Numbered from the stretch's first letter, positions 27,701 through 36,757 are shown. The stretch is DNA of 59,890 bases from an uncultured Planctomycetia bacterium (GCA_964484255.1 CAZAEH010000005.1:1-59890); one strand, 5' to 3'. Numbers and translations: made by a program. Notes: generated by a model from the sequence alone, not told the origin.

Positions 27701-30153
27701 ACGGTCTTTATGATGAAGTGGTCTTCTTGACGTCAAATAATGCATTATTTGATGATGATAATATAACGGGAGCTCTCCGCGGTTCTTATATAAACATTAG
27801 CGACGGCTATATAGGGACTCTTAACGGAAATATCGTAGGCATATACGACGAGGATAGTTGGATCCTGTCTTCTATAGGCGAATGGGAAATGAGGGATTTG
27901 TCCTACGCCGGTGTTGCTTCCGAAGGCGGTTTCGGGTACTTCGACGGTGAGGGGGCGTATCTCGAGAACGGCGGTCTTTACGCTGCGATGGGTAGTGCGG
28001 ATGACCTTTTCTCCGGCCCGTCCGAATTCACTTTGATCGGCGGGTTCTATTATCCAGATTCCAACGAAGACGGTATAAGTGATGACAATTTGTGGGGCGG
28101 GGATTTCTATATGACCGCCAGTGACGGCGCCGGACTGATAGGAGCGGTCGGGGGAACTACACTGAATAATAAACTGTCTGGGGCGCTGTTGGGGATCTAT
28201 ATACGCTATACCGAGGACGGCTACCGGGCAGGATACGTGACCTCTTCCGATATTTCCGGTGGTCGCAGTTTCCTGACAGGCGATTTTTATCCGTCTATCG
28301 GGATGTTCGGCACGGAAGGCTATCTGACGGCCTTTCTCGATATGCCAACTAGTTTTACCCCCGAGGATTTGTTGAGCGAAAATGAAGAAGCGCTGTTAGG
28401 CGATGAATTTTACGACCCGGTTCATGGAGATCTTAAAGGTGATCTTTACGGCGATGATCTGCAGATCGCGGACCAGGATTGGGGCATATGGCGCGCGGGA
28501 TGCGGCGGTTGGTTCGATTCCGCCCCGGACGGCAATTGGAATTCTTACATAGCCGAGAGTTTTGAAGACCAGTACGGGGAATATTCGTTCCCGTACTATT
28601 CGCTCATCTATATCGACGGGACTACCACCGCGGACAACGGGCTTGAGGCCGTCATACACGGTTATGACCTCGGCATGACATACCTAAGCGAAGCTTCGGG
28701 GTTGATGGCCGGCGATTACGATGCCGATGAGATGAGTTGGGAAGGCCTTAGTATGGGGACCTGGGTCGAGAAAGAATTAACTCTTAGCGGACTCGGCTAC
28801 GGGGGAGTAAGAGCCGCTGGAGACTGGGATAACTGGTTTGACCCGGGCGATAGTTATGAAGATTTCTCCGGAGAATTCTCCGGTATTATAGGATCTACGC
28901 AGACCGGCTGGCAGGACGGAAGTTTCAAGGCTGTAGCGATGGGTGATTATGCGATCAATGGGTCCGCCGATTCATACCTGTTTAACGCTCAAATCGGGAG
29001 TTTCAACGCTCGAGAGATATCGTCGCTTACCCTCGATGAGGAAGGCGCTTTCTACGGGTTCGTTCACGCGGCTGTAGGGGATTCTTCCGACGGCAGGCTT
29101 ACGGATACCGCCTCGGGATTGAGGTTGGCCGCCATATATATAGCTTCTGACGGAACCGGCGGCTATAATGCGGGAGTGCTAAGGGGCGGGCTTGACATGG
29201 ACCTCGTGGAGATCCCCGATGACGGTGAAGTCGGCATGTGGATAGCCGAAGGCTACCTGACTCCTTATGTGATGGAAACTGATATCGACATCTCTCCTGA
29301 AGAGCTATCGGACTATATATCCTGGGACTGGGACGTGCTCGGGGCTTCGGGTGTCGGCTCCTTCTCAAACGGCGGCGCCATCCAGGCCGATTACTTTACC
29401 GGAGACACGATGTCCATAGAAGGCTACGACCAGTGGGGAATAATGCAGGCTGCTCTCACCGGGCAAACATCCTCGGCCGTCGATTCGGATTGGAGATTGG
29501 CCTTGGGAGGAGCCTCTTATACCGACGATTCGCATGAAATCGCGGACGGTTATTTCCTGATCTCAGCCAGTGGAGATTCCTGGTCGAATAACGTATTTGA
29601 CGGGACTTTCAAGGGCGTATACTTCAGCGAGATAGACGAAAATACCTTTAACGTCGGAAAAATAGAAGGTGATGTCGTAGGTAATTACCAGGAGGTTGAA
29701 GGCGTAGACACAGTATTCCAGGCACAGATGCTCGGGGAATGGGTTGACCTTGTCGAGTTAAGCACAGATGTCCTAGGATTTGATAATGAGGCATTAGCGG
29801 AAATGGTCCAGGTCCCGATTACCGAAACTTATACAGCGCTCCTGCAAAATGCAGGTATTAATGGTAGTCTTGATATAAGTATATACAACAACGAGATACT
29901 TACCGGTTTAATACAATTTACTCTTGCGGATCTTCCGATGGTAGGAAGTACGATTGATTTCAACGCTGGTTCAGACAATCTTGGACTGACATTCACAAAT
30001 ATCGATACAGTTGCTATGACATGGACTGCGGATGCGTTAGGCCAAATTAATAATATGCAAGCTACAGGTGGTGGAGGTGGTTCGATAACTGCCGCCGAAA
30101 ATGTATACAATTTTGACGGCGTGATAGGAGCAGTCGTTACCCCAATACAATGA
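24769..30153 (+). CDS. 1794-aa exported protein: signal peptide, two FecR-like domains, acidic linker, four ~265-325 aa acidic Gly/Tyr/Trp repeats, distinct C-terminal tip
   Basis: SPI (PAASA/EP). FecR motifs GDTLRT..AEI.F.D...F.VTTPNA..VKGT and GDTIET..IEI.LENG...FEIKTPNA..VRGT. Recurring WGI(W/Y/M), (I/F)Y(I/V)..G..G and terminal G(E/T)W motifs. Confidence 0.8.
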   Translation: MKKFALKSPALALLLITILFSAPAVPAASAEPVGTISAVEGRVDLLKSGNSEFFDVKSGVSVSAGDTLRTKSGSKAEIAFMDKTIVRLSDSTLLEIKDYVIDPNGNRSGANLFLGRGKIRAVVSRSGNGNFLVTTPNALGSVKGTDIVAVYQRSSTSLAVLDGKLSAANVSAPGDTVDIKSGQSSIISGESEPTAPRALLSMEIKAHESDTNVPKATAVAASPAQERMSAEGYNAPGAMKAVVIKLAGSVKIKNRGSITWHDAKMNEVLTAGDTIETKDKGKIEIRLENGNVVTLQQNSNLILEKLSSDNKTGDYENLLESKSGKLRAQVQKIKGNSKFEIKTPNAVACVRGTIMYLNILPNLTNSYFEEGNGVLRSLISNTVKDVPLGTGASADNAGNVSDPTPPNDNQMSEWHQGWDVSDSGEGYSSPSGDLGQDRGSDEGDDTGFQNKVFDEKPVTEIINTTEENGDGDQGAGEEETPEIDYYITGTATGSFGFVEAYDNNSFDAYLSSETVLSSAWSGSFNLSVDGEFSSPGYRIFEGDVSAESIDGGAAFGWVGGIFHSWEGILSTIYIDPSGRAGTLFGYLSGTNTINEGQEWYYGDFSGNGDIYVIPMAQLETGVEYPVEYGGGYGNLWLSFGENGGFNVDFDRQMARIVGQNWGIWRDAYYGGYYNPEGLAEWFGNAGGYYGDDGYFFATAEGIDDLDGGLRIDIIGTYLDTHTLGAYYGSILAETYAEGMVEGVGLGGYAEEPLAFSGNWGSDGWGLYYDCGECCLTWAGEKYGLIGSPTVEWWNEASFPVVAMGESYCYDYRNTPLLWVTPIGSYNADNEDYTSLDGSAFWGISTGIWKDGLMSNGKVVAFYVTPEGTVGLLKGDLSGVYDPEICMWMAEGELSPEAKDSSLIDPASLYESITEYRLHNLCMGGSVGGSALYGYTTYGVSYAIDDGSWGIYEFDGGGYYNGGEWAQTNENGLAFGYMDGLYDEVVFLTSNNALFDDDNITGALRGSYINISDGYIGTLNGNIVGIYDEDSWILSSIGEWEMRDLSYAGVASEGGFGYFDGEGAYLENGGLYAAMGSADDLFSGPSEFTLIGGFYYPDSNEDGISDDNLWGGDFYMTASDGAGLIGAVGGTTLNNKLSGALLGIYIRYTEDGYRAGYVTSSDISGGRSFLTGDFYPSIGMFGTEGYLTAFLDMPTSFTPEDLLSENEEALLGDEFYDPVHGDLKGDLYGDDLQIADQDWGIWRAGCGGWFDSAPDGNWNSYIAESFEDQYGEYSFPYYSLIYIDGTTTADNGLEAVIHGYDLGMTYLSEASGLMAGDYDADEMSWEGLSMGTWVEKELTLSGLGYGGVRAAGDWDNWFDPGDSYEDFSGEFSGIIGSTQTGWQDGSFKAVAMGDYAINGSADSYLFNAQIGSFNAREISSLTLDEEGAFYGFVHAAVGDSSDGRLTDTASGLRLAAIYIASDGTGGYNAGVLRGGLDMDLVEIPDDGEVGMWIAEGYLTPYVMETDIDISPEELSDYISWDWDVLGASGVGSFSNGGAIQADYFTGDTMSIEGYDQWGIMQAALTGQTSSAVDSDWRLALGGASYTDDSHEIADGYFLISASGDSWSNNVFDGTFKGVYFSEIDENTFNVGKIEGDVVGNYQEVEGVDTVFQAQMLGEWVDLVELSTDVLGFDNEALAEMVQVPITETYTALLQNAGINGSLDISIYNNEILTGLIQFTLADLPMVGSTIDFNAGSDNLGLTFTNIDTVAMTWTADALGQINNMQATGGGGGSITAAENVYNFDGVIGAVVTPIQ
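26218..29742 (+). repeat. Four degenerate protein-level tandem repeats (~26218-27012, 27013-27885, 27886-28764, 28765-29742)
   Basis: WGI motif Trp codons at 26749, 27610, 28480 and 29434 (spacing 861, 870, 954 nt). Shared IYIDPSGRAG / FYVTPEGTVG / IYIRYTEDGYRAG / IYIASDGTGGYNAG; M(W/F).(A/T)EG.L in units 2-4. No obvious nucleotide-level identity. Confidence 0.75.
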
Positions 30154-30431
30154 GAATAACACCTTTTCTCTTAATGTTCTTACTATTGGGCTGTGGGAAG
30201 CCGGCTGAAAAACCGGCTTCCCCGCAGGCCGCGTCCAGGGTAATCGCTACTGTCAACGGCGAACCCGTGTTCGAAAAAGACCTGAAACTTTCCCTTGCCA
30301 TACGCCTTAAGGACGATCCGGGTTTTAGGGTAACTCCCTCCACAAAGAACGAACAGATACAGTTGATCATCAACGAACGCCTGAAACTCCAGCACAAGGA
30401 CAGGGCCTCTTCGGACATCAAGATATTCTGA
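30150..30431 (+). CDS. Small lipoprotein with SurA/PrsA N-terminal-like segment, no PPIase domain
   Basis: Lipobox LLLGC (Cys15); VIATVNGEPV..KDL motif; ATGA overlap with the giant gene. Confidence 0.65.
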   Translation: MRITPFLLMFLLLGCGKPAEKPASPQAASRVIATVNGEPVFEKDLKLSLAIRLKDDPGFRVTPSTKNEQIQLIINERLKLQHKDRASSDIKIF

Positions 30432-30460
30432 AATTTCTTCCGACTACCCCCGTAATATGA

Positions 30461-30489
30461 TTGACTAAGGCCCCACTCTGTGATAAACT
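30461..30489 (+). promoter_or_regulatory. sigma70-type promoter with extended -10 upstream of trpB
   Basis: TTGACT (30461-30466), 17 nt, TGn-TAAACT (30481-30489). Confidence 0.6.
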
Positions 30490-30524
30490 TTATTTTTATT
30501 CAATCAAAATAAAGAGGTTATGAC

Positions 30525-31715
30525 GTGAAACTGCCCGATAACAAAGGCCATTTCGGCGTTTTCGGAGGAAAGTATGTCCCGGAAACCCTGATGGTGGCCC
30601 TCGAAGAACTTGAGGCGGAATACTCCGCCGCTAAGCGAGACAAAAAGTTTGCCGAAAAATTCCGCTATTACCTGGAGGAGTATGCCGGCAGGCCCAGCGG
30701 TCTCTATTTTGCCGAAAAATTGACCAAAACTCTTAAGGGCCCAAAGATATACCTGAAGAGGGAAGACCTTCTGCATACCGGTTCCCATAAGATAAACAAT
30801 ACCCTGGGCCAGGGTCTGCTGACCGTACGCATGGGGAAGAAGAGGATAATTGCCGAAACCGGCGCCGGACAGCACGGCGTAGCCACCGCAACAATAGCGG
30901 CTCTCTTTGACCTTGATTGCGAGGTATTCATGGGCGAAGAAGATATCCGCCGCCAAGCCCTTAACGTCTTCAGGATGAAACTCCTTGGCGCAAAAGTTAC
31001 CCCCGTCACAAGCGGCAGCAAGACACTGAAGGACGCTATGAATGAAACAATGAGGGACTGGGTCACTAATGTGCGCACCACCCATTATTGTATCGGATCG
31101 GTCGCCGGACCGCACCCGTTCCCCATGATGGTAAGGGATTTTCAGTCCGTTATAGGGAAGGAAACAAGGCGCCAAATGCTGAAAGCAGAAGGCAGGCTCC
31201 CCGACTATCTTATCGCCTGCGTGGGAGGGGGTTCAAATTCCATGGGTCTCTTCTATGATTTCCTTTACGATAGAAAAGTGAGGTTCATAGGGGTTGAGGC
31301 CGCGGGCAAGGGCCTGAATACAGGCCTTCACGCAGCTACCCTGGAGAGGGGCGATATCGGGGTGCTCCACGGTAGCAAGAGTTATCTGCTGCAAGACGAT
31401 TTTGGGCAGATAAAGATCGCACACTCCTTATCCGCCGGATTGGATTATCCCGGAGTCGGACCTGAGCACTCCTTTTTCAAGGATATCGGCAGGGCAAAAT
31501 ATGTTTCGGCAACGGATACGGAGGCGTTGGATGCTTTCCGCCTTCTTTCGGAAACAGAAGGCATAATACCTGCCCTTGAATCCTCGCACGCGATAGCTTA
31601 CCTTGTTAAGACGGCAAGGAAGATGAAAAAGAATGACCTGGTTGCGGTATGCCTGTCCGGCAGAGGCGATAAAGATGTAGACATGGTCTCGCAGGTCCTT
31701 TCGGGAAAAATATGA
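30525..31715 (+). CDS. trpB: Tryptophan synthase beta chain (GTG start)
   Basis: HTGSHKINN (PLP lysine), [35 protein letters not shown]. Confidence 0.99.
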   Translation: MKLPDNKGHFGVFGGKYVPETLMVALEELEAEYSAAKRDKKFAEKFRYYLEEYAGRPSGLYFAEKLTKTLKGPKIYLKREDLLHTGSHKINNTLGQGLLTVRMGKKRIIAETGAGQHGVATATIAALFDLDCEVFMGEEDIRRQALNVFRMKLLGAKVTPVTSGSKTLKDAMNETMRDWVTNVRTTHYCIGSVAGPHPFPMMVRDFQSVIGKETRRQMLKAEGRLPDYLIACVGGGSNSMGLFYDFLYDRKVRFIGVEAAGKGLNTGLHAATLERGDIGVLHGSKSYLLQDDFGQIKIAHSLSAGLDYPGVGPEHSFFKDIGRAKYVSATDTEALDAFRLLSETEGIIPALESSHAIAYLVKTARKMKKNDLVAVCLSGRGDKDVDMVSQVLSGKI

Positions 31716-32509
31716 ACAGGATAGAAAAGAAATTCTCCGACCTCAAGAAGAATGGCGGTAAGGCCCTTATAGCCTTCTTCACTGCAGGCGACTATGGGCT
31801 TTCCGCCACTAAGAAACTCGTCCTTGAATTTGAACAGAGGGGCGTAGATATTATCGAGCTAGGCGTTCCTTTTTCGGACCCTGTCGCTGACGGGCCTACC
31901 ATACAAGCTTCCTCTGAAAGGTCCCTAAAAAGGGGGACAAAGCTTAAAGACATAATATCCGCCGTCGGGCAATTACGCAAGAAGACGCAAATACCAATAG
32001 TGCTGATGGGCTACTATAACCCTATACTCAAATACGGTCTCGCCAGCTTCATCTCGGATTGCGTAAGGAACGGCGTGGATGGAGCGATAATACCCGACCT
32101 GCCTCCCGAGGAAGCCGGGGAACTGACAGCGGCGGCAAAAGGCAAGGATTTCGATATCATATTCCTCCTAAGCCCCACAAGTTCCCCGAAGAGAATAAAG
32201 ATGCTCTCCGGGAGGACCAAGGGTTTTATCTATTATGTTTCCCTGACCGGGATCACCGGGGCAAGGTCTTCGTTGCCTGCCGGTCTCGCCGAACGCGTAA
32301 AACTGATCAAGAAGACCTCGGACAAGCCGGTGTGTGTCGGTTTCGGCATCTCAAAGGCTGAGCAGGTCAAACGTATTAACGCTGTGGCCGACGGTGTTAT
32401 CGTCGGTTCGGCTATAGTAAAACAGATGGAGAAAAATTCCTCAAAGAAGAGGTTCATTAAGAATGTCGGTGATTACGTCCGTAAACTTGCGGAGGCTTCC
32501 CATCGATAA
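31712..32509 (+). CDS. trpA: Tryptophan synthase alpha chain
   Basis: [46 protein letters not shown]. Confidence 0.98.
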   Translation: MNRIEKKFSDLKKNGGKALIAFFTAGDYGLSATKKLVLEFEQRGVDIIELGVPFSDPVADGPTIQASSERSLKRGTKLKDIISAVGQLRKKTQIPIVLMGYYNPILKYGLASFISDCVRNGVDGAIIPDLPPEEAGELTAAAKGKDFDIIFLLSPTSSPKRIKMLSGRTKGFIYYVSLTGITGARSSLPAGLAERVKLIKKTSDKPVCVGFGISKAEQVKRINAVADGVIVGSAIVKQMEKNSSKKRFIKNVGDYVRKLAEASHR

Positions 32510-33596
32510 GAATATCTATGCCGTAATAATCGCAGGAGGACGAGGTGAGAGGTTCTGGCCTAAAAGCAGGAGCAGAACACCAAAGCAGACCCTCAAACTC
32601 ATGGGAAAACGGTCCCTGATACAGGAAACGGTATCGAGGATAAAGACCATAGTGCCAAATGACCGTATATTTGTAATAACCAATAAAGAGCAGCTGGGTT
32701 CTATAAGAGCCGACCTTCCTCATATAAAGAACATAATTGCAGAACCCGCAGCCAGGAATACCGCGGCGGCCTGCGGTCTCGCCGCCATGCTGATAAAAAA
32801 AGCCGATCCCCGCGCAACCATGATAGTGCTGCCCTCCGACCACCTTATAAGAGAAAAGGATAAATTCATAGATGCACTGATGACCGGCGTAAAAGTCGCG
32901 GAAGCATCCAACGGGTTGGTGACAATAGGGGTCAAGCCCACTTTCCCGGCTACCGGATACGGCTACATGCGCATAGATACCAGCGGGCAGTTCAAGATAA
33001 GGGGTCCGGGACTTAAAGCGGTCGTCCACAGGGTACTGGCTTTTGTGGAGAAGCCTAGTTACCTCAATGCCGTGAAATTCCTGAAGGAAAAGAGGTATTA
33101 CTGGAACAGCGGTATCTTCATATGGAAGGCCACAAGTATACTCGATGCCATTAAAGAGAACCTACCCAGGCTTTACTTGGGCCTGCAGCTTCTTGAGCCG
33201 AGCATCGGCCGTTTGAATTTCAATTGCAAATTGAACGAGGTCTATCCCAACCTCGAGGAGATATCCATTGACTACGGCGTCCTCGAAAGGGAAAAGAGGA
33301 TCTTTGCCGTAGAAGGCAAATTCTATTGGGATGACCTGGGATCGTGGGATTCCCTGGCCAGGCATCTGTCCACGGACAAGTCCGGGAATTTCGCTATAGG
33401 CGCCCATAAAGCCATTGACACCAAGGATTCCGTCATAGTCTCCGAACAGGGTGTTATAGGGACCATAGGTATCGACAATGTTATAGTGGTAAGGGATGGC
33501 GATTGCGTACTCGTCTGCCGCAGGGACAGGGCGCAGGACGTAAAAAGGCTCGTCTCCCTCATGAAGGAAGGCAAGGAGCTTAAAAAATATCTCTAA
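32463..33596 (+). CDS. manC: Mannose-1-phosphate guanylyltransferase (no cupin isomerase domain); start uncertain
   Basis: IIAGGRGERFWPKSR..PKQ, EPAARNTA, PSDH, FVEKP, WNSGIF, SIDYGVLE, WDDLGSW. Confidence 0.9.
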   Translation: MSVITSVNLRRLPIDKNIYAVIIAGGRGERFWPKSRSRTPKQTLKLMGKRSLIQETVSRIKTIVPNDRIFVITNKEQLGSIRADLPHIKNIIAEPAARNTAAACGLAAMLIKKADPRATMIVLPSDHLIREKDKFIDALMTGVKVAEASNGLVTIGVKPTFPATGYGYMRIDTSGQFKIRGPGLKAVVHRVLAFVEKPSYLNAVKFLKEKRYYWNSGIFIWKATSILDAIKENLPRLYLGLQLLEPSIGRLNFNCKLNEVYPNLEEISIDYGVLEREKRIFAVEGKFYWDDLGSWDSLARHLSTDKSGNFAIGAHKAIDTKDSVIVSEQGVIGTIGIDNVIVVRDGDCVLVCRRDRAQDVKRLVSLMKEGKELKKYL

Positions 33597-34021
33597 TGAG
33601 AATAATAGGCCTGGACATAGGTGAAAAACGGATCGGGGTGGCGATAAGCGACCCCCTCGGGATAATTGCCCAGGGGTTGACGGTTATTGAAAGGAAGGTC
33701 CCTGAAGAAGATATTCGTGCCATCGAGGATATAATAAACGAGTTCAAGGCAGATTCGATAGTAGTCGGAATGCCCATAAACATGGACGGCACCCGCGGTA
33801 AAAGTGCCGATAAGGTCACGGAATTTGTGAATACGCTCAAAACTGCCGTAAAGATACCAGTGGATACATATGACGAGCGGCTGTCCACTAAAGAAAGTGA
33901 ACGGTTCCTGATATCTTCGGACGTATCGCGCAAGAAACGCAAAAACGTAATAGACAAGATCGCCGCCCAGTTGATACTCGAGTCATACCTGGAAAGAATA
34001 AAGAACAATGTACGAACTTAA
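33596..34021 (+). CDS. ruvX: Putative Holliday junction resolvase / pre-16S rRNA nuclease (YqgF/RuvX)
   Basis: RIIGLDIGEKRIGVAISD, DERLST, IDKIAAQLILESYL. Confidence 0.93.
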   Translation: MRIIGLDIGEKRIGVAISDPLGIIAQGLTVIERKVPEEDIRAIEDIINEFKADSIVVGMPINMDGTRGKSADKVTEFVNTLKTAVKIPVDTYDERLSTKESERFLISSDVSRKKRKNVIDKIAAQLILESYLERIKNNVRT

Positions 34022-35279
34022 ATCTTTTAAGAACGGCGCGCGTTGCGCTGCAAGGAGCCTCTCCGACAGGGATTCTGTCGCTATCGGTGTCTGGCTAAGC
34101 ACCGGCGGGCGCTACGAGCCGAAAAAAATATCCGGGGTCTCGCACTTTATCGAACACCTGCTCTTCAAGGGGACGAATAAGCGTTCCGCCGAGCAGATCA
34201 AGCAGGCAATAGAAGGCCGCGGCGGCGCCATGAACGGTTTTACTTCCGAAGAGTTTACCTGCTACCTGGTGAAAGTCCTGAACAGGGACATGGATAATGC
34301 GCTGGATATCCTTTCTGACATGGTCTTCAACGCACGATTTGCTCCACAGGACATAAAGAAAGAGAGGCAGGTAATAAAAGAGGAGATCAAGCTCTATGTA
34401 GACCTCCCGAACCATCACGTCCACGATCTCCTGATGGAACTTATGTGGCCCGGACAACCGCTCGGGAGGAACCTCGCAGGCACCTACGATACTGTGGGTG
34501 ACATGATGCGTGAAGATATAATCGGTTATAAACGCAAATATTACATCCCGCGCAATATCGTGATAGCCGCATGCGGGGACCTGGATACGCCAAGGTACCT
34601 ATCCTGTTGTGAAAAATATTTCGGCGCCGCAGTTGGAGCGGGTAAGTCGGCTTATGGGAAAGCGGCTGAGGCGCAAAAGAGGCCCATGCTCAAAACGCTT
34701 TCTAAAAAAACCGAACAGGCCCATATGGCTGTCGGGTTCCGCGCATTCGGCAGGTGTGACCCGGACAGGTACGCTCTTACCTTGCTGCATATTATCCTCG
34801 GCGGGAATATGTCAAGCCGCCTTTTCAGGGAGGTAAGGGAGAAGAAGGGTTTGGCTTACGAGATAGCTACTTCTACAAAAAAATTCCACGATACCGGAGC
34901 GTTCTTCATCTCCGCCGGGCTTGATAACAAGAATATCGTAAAGACACTGGATATAATAATGAGGGAGTTGAAAAAGATCAAGACGGCATACGTAGGCAAA
35001 AACGAGTTCGAAAGAGCGCGTGAATACTACAAGGGCCAAATGCTCCTGGGCTTGGAAGACACCCTGGACCAGATGTTGTGGATGGGAGAACATTTGTCTT
35101 CCAGGGGCGATATACCTACACCGCAGGAAGTCGTGAACAGGATATCCTCCATCACAAGGGAAGATATAAAGCGGGTGGCGGGAAAGGTGCTTACGAATTC
35201 GCGCCTAAACATGGCTTTAATAGGGTCAATTGACGATAAATCGGAGAAGGAGATCTCCAAAGCGCTTAATATCGGGTGA
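34008..35279 (+). CDS. M16 (pitrilysin) family zinc peptidase
   Basis: GVSHFIEHLLFKGT (HxxEH), NGFTSEEFTCY, SSRLFREVREKKGLAY. Confidence 0.92.
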   Translation: MYELKSFKNGARCAARSLSDRDSVAIGVWLSTGGRYEPKKISGVSHFIEHLLFKGTNKRSAEQIKQAIEGRGGAMNGFTSEEFTCYLVKVLNRDMDNALDILSDMVFNARFAPQDIKKERQVIKEEIKLYVDLPNHHVHDLLMELMWPGQPLGRNLAGTYDTVGDMMREDIIGYKRKYYIPRNIVIAACGDLDTPRYLSCCEKYFGAAVGAGKSAYGKAAEAQKRPMLKTLSKKTEQAHMAVGFRAFGRCDPDRYALTLLHIILGGNMSSRLFREVREKKGLAYEIATSTKKFHDTGAFFISAGLDNKNIVKTLDIIMRELKKIKTAYVGKNEFERAREYYKGQMLLGLEDTLDQMLWMGEHLSSRGDIPTPQEVVNRISSITREDIKRVAGKVLTNSRLNMALIGSIDDKSEKEISKALNIG

Positions 35280-35305
35280 GGGAGCGCAACCAAAGGAGAC
35301 CTGGA

Positions 35306-36757
35306 ATGGCAAGAGAAAAGAAAGAGCGAACACAAGCTATCAAGTTCGGGACAGACGGCTGGAGAGGGCTTATAGCGGATGACTTCACTTTTGATAACCT
35401 CAGGATAGTCGCCCAGGCGTGCGCGGAATATTTCAATAAAGAGTTCAAGGCAAAACGCGGGATAATTGTCGGTTACGACACCCGGTTTATCTCGGATAAA
35501 TTCGCGCAGGCCGCCGCGGAAGTCCTTGCCGCCAACGGTATAAAGGTGTATCTCTCGGACAGGCCTTCCCCGACACCGACCACCAGCTATAATATCAGGC
35601 TGTTGGGGCTGAACGGCGGGCTTATAATAACGGCAAGCCATAATCCCGGCAGGTTCAGCGGCCTCAAGATCAAAACTCCGCAGGGTTCGCCGGCCGATCA
35701 GACCGTCACCTATAAGGTCGAATCCTACCTTTACAAAACGAAGGTAAAGTCCATCCCTCTCTCCGAAGCTGTCAAAGCAGGCAAGATCGAGATCATAAAC
35801 CCGATGCCTAAATATATCGAAGCCGTAAGGAAGTACCTCGACCTCGACCTGCTCAAGAATTGCGATCTCAAGGTGCTCGCGGAAGCGATGCATGGCGCCG
35901 GTGACAGTTACCACGCGCAGGTGCTTAAAGGCACAAAGGTAGCGATCGACGTCATCAACTCCGAGCCTAACCCGTTGTTCGAAGGGCTTAAACCTGAGCC
36001 TTTGCCGCATAACATGCCGAAATTCATGGCTATAATGAAAGAGGGTGAATACGATATCGGCATAGCCACCGACGGGGACGCGGACAGGGTGGGAGCGGCG
36101 GCGCCGGGAGGTAGGTTCATAACTCCGGGCGAGATAATGTGCCTGATAGCCCTGCATTTTATTGAGAACAGGCGCTGGAGAGGGGCTCTCGTTAAAAATA
36201 TCGCGGGTCCTATGCTCATGAACAAGATCGCCAAATACTATAACCTTAAATTCTTTGAAACGCCTGTAGGTTTCAAGCATATAGCCAAACTCATGCAGAC
36301 CGACAATGTCCTGGTTGGCGGCGAGGAGTCGGGCGGCATAGGCGTAAAGAACTACATACCTGAAAGGGACGGCATACTGACAGGGCTCCTGCTTGTCGAA
36401 ATGATGCAGCAGAGGAAAAAACCAGTTCTCGCGCTTATCGAGGACATGGAAAAAAGGTTTGGCAAGTTCAGGTACCACAGGCAGGATATAGAGATACCCC
36501 TCAAGACAAGGGAGAAGGTCGTCAAGACACTGTTCGCCAAACTCCAGGGTAAGGAATCAGGCAAGATATTCAAGAGAAAGATAACCGATATCAAGACGTA
36601 TGACGGGCTTAAATTCATATTCGATGACGAAAGCTGGCTGCTTATCAGGCCTTCGGGCACCGAACCTATCCTCAGGGTTTACAGCGAAGCCCACACCGAT
36701 AAAGAGGCGAAAGACCTTATCGGGACCGTGGATAAGCTGTCAAAAAGCATCAAATAA
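35306..36757 (+). CDS. Phosphoglucomutase/phosphomannomutase family (alpha-D-phosphohexomutase)
   Basis: [33 protein letters not shown]. Start set to ATG 35306 after AAGGAG. Confidence 0.93.
   Translation: MAREKKERTQAIKFGTDGWRGLIADDFTFDNLRIVAQACAEYFNKEFKAKRGIIVGYDTRFISDKFAQAAAEVLAANGIKVYLSDRPSPTPTTSYNIRLLGLNGGLIITASHNPGRFSGLKIKTPQGSPADQTVTYKVESYLYKTKVKSIPLSEAVKAGKIEIINPMPKYIEAVRKYLDLDLLKNCDLKVLAEAMHGAGDSYHAQVLKGTKVAIDVINSEPNPLFEGLKPEPLPHNMPKFMAIMKEGEYDIGIATDGDADRVGAAAPGGRFITPGEIMCLIALHFIENRRWRGALVKNIAGPMLMNKIAKYYNLKFFETPVGFKHIAKLMQTDNVLVGGEESGGIGVKNYIPERDGILTGLLLVEMMQQRKKPVLALIEDMEKRFGKFRYHRQDIEIPLKTREKVVKTLFAKLQGKESGKIFKRKITDIKTYDGLKFIFDDESWLLIRPSGTEPILRVYSEAHTDKEAKDLIGTVDKLSKSIK

Noticed and set aside
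24769-30153. Giant gene as RTX, autotransporter, two-partner (TpsA) or CRISPR-like repeat locus
   Set aside because: No GGXGXD nonapeptide array, no C-terminal autotransporter barrel with terminal aromatic residue, no TPS/haemagglutinin motif or POTRA-containing partner, and no DNA-level direct repeats.
30490-30524. trp attenuator or leader peptide before trpB (or trpE)
   Set aside because: No Trp-codon leader ORF, T-box or terminator/antiterminator; trpE overlaps hisI directly.
35027-36478. 483-aa minus-strand ORF; similarly 8871-10001 (376 aa), 22170-23075 (301 aa), 48308-49132 and many shorter ones
   Set aside because: They lie entirely antisense to well-conserved + strand genes and show no recognisable motifs, RBS or promoter. 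They are shadow ORFs from codon bias.
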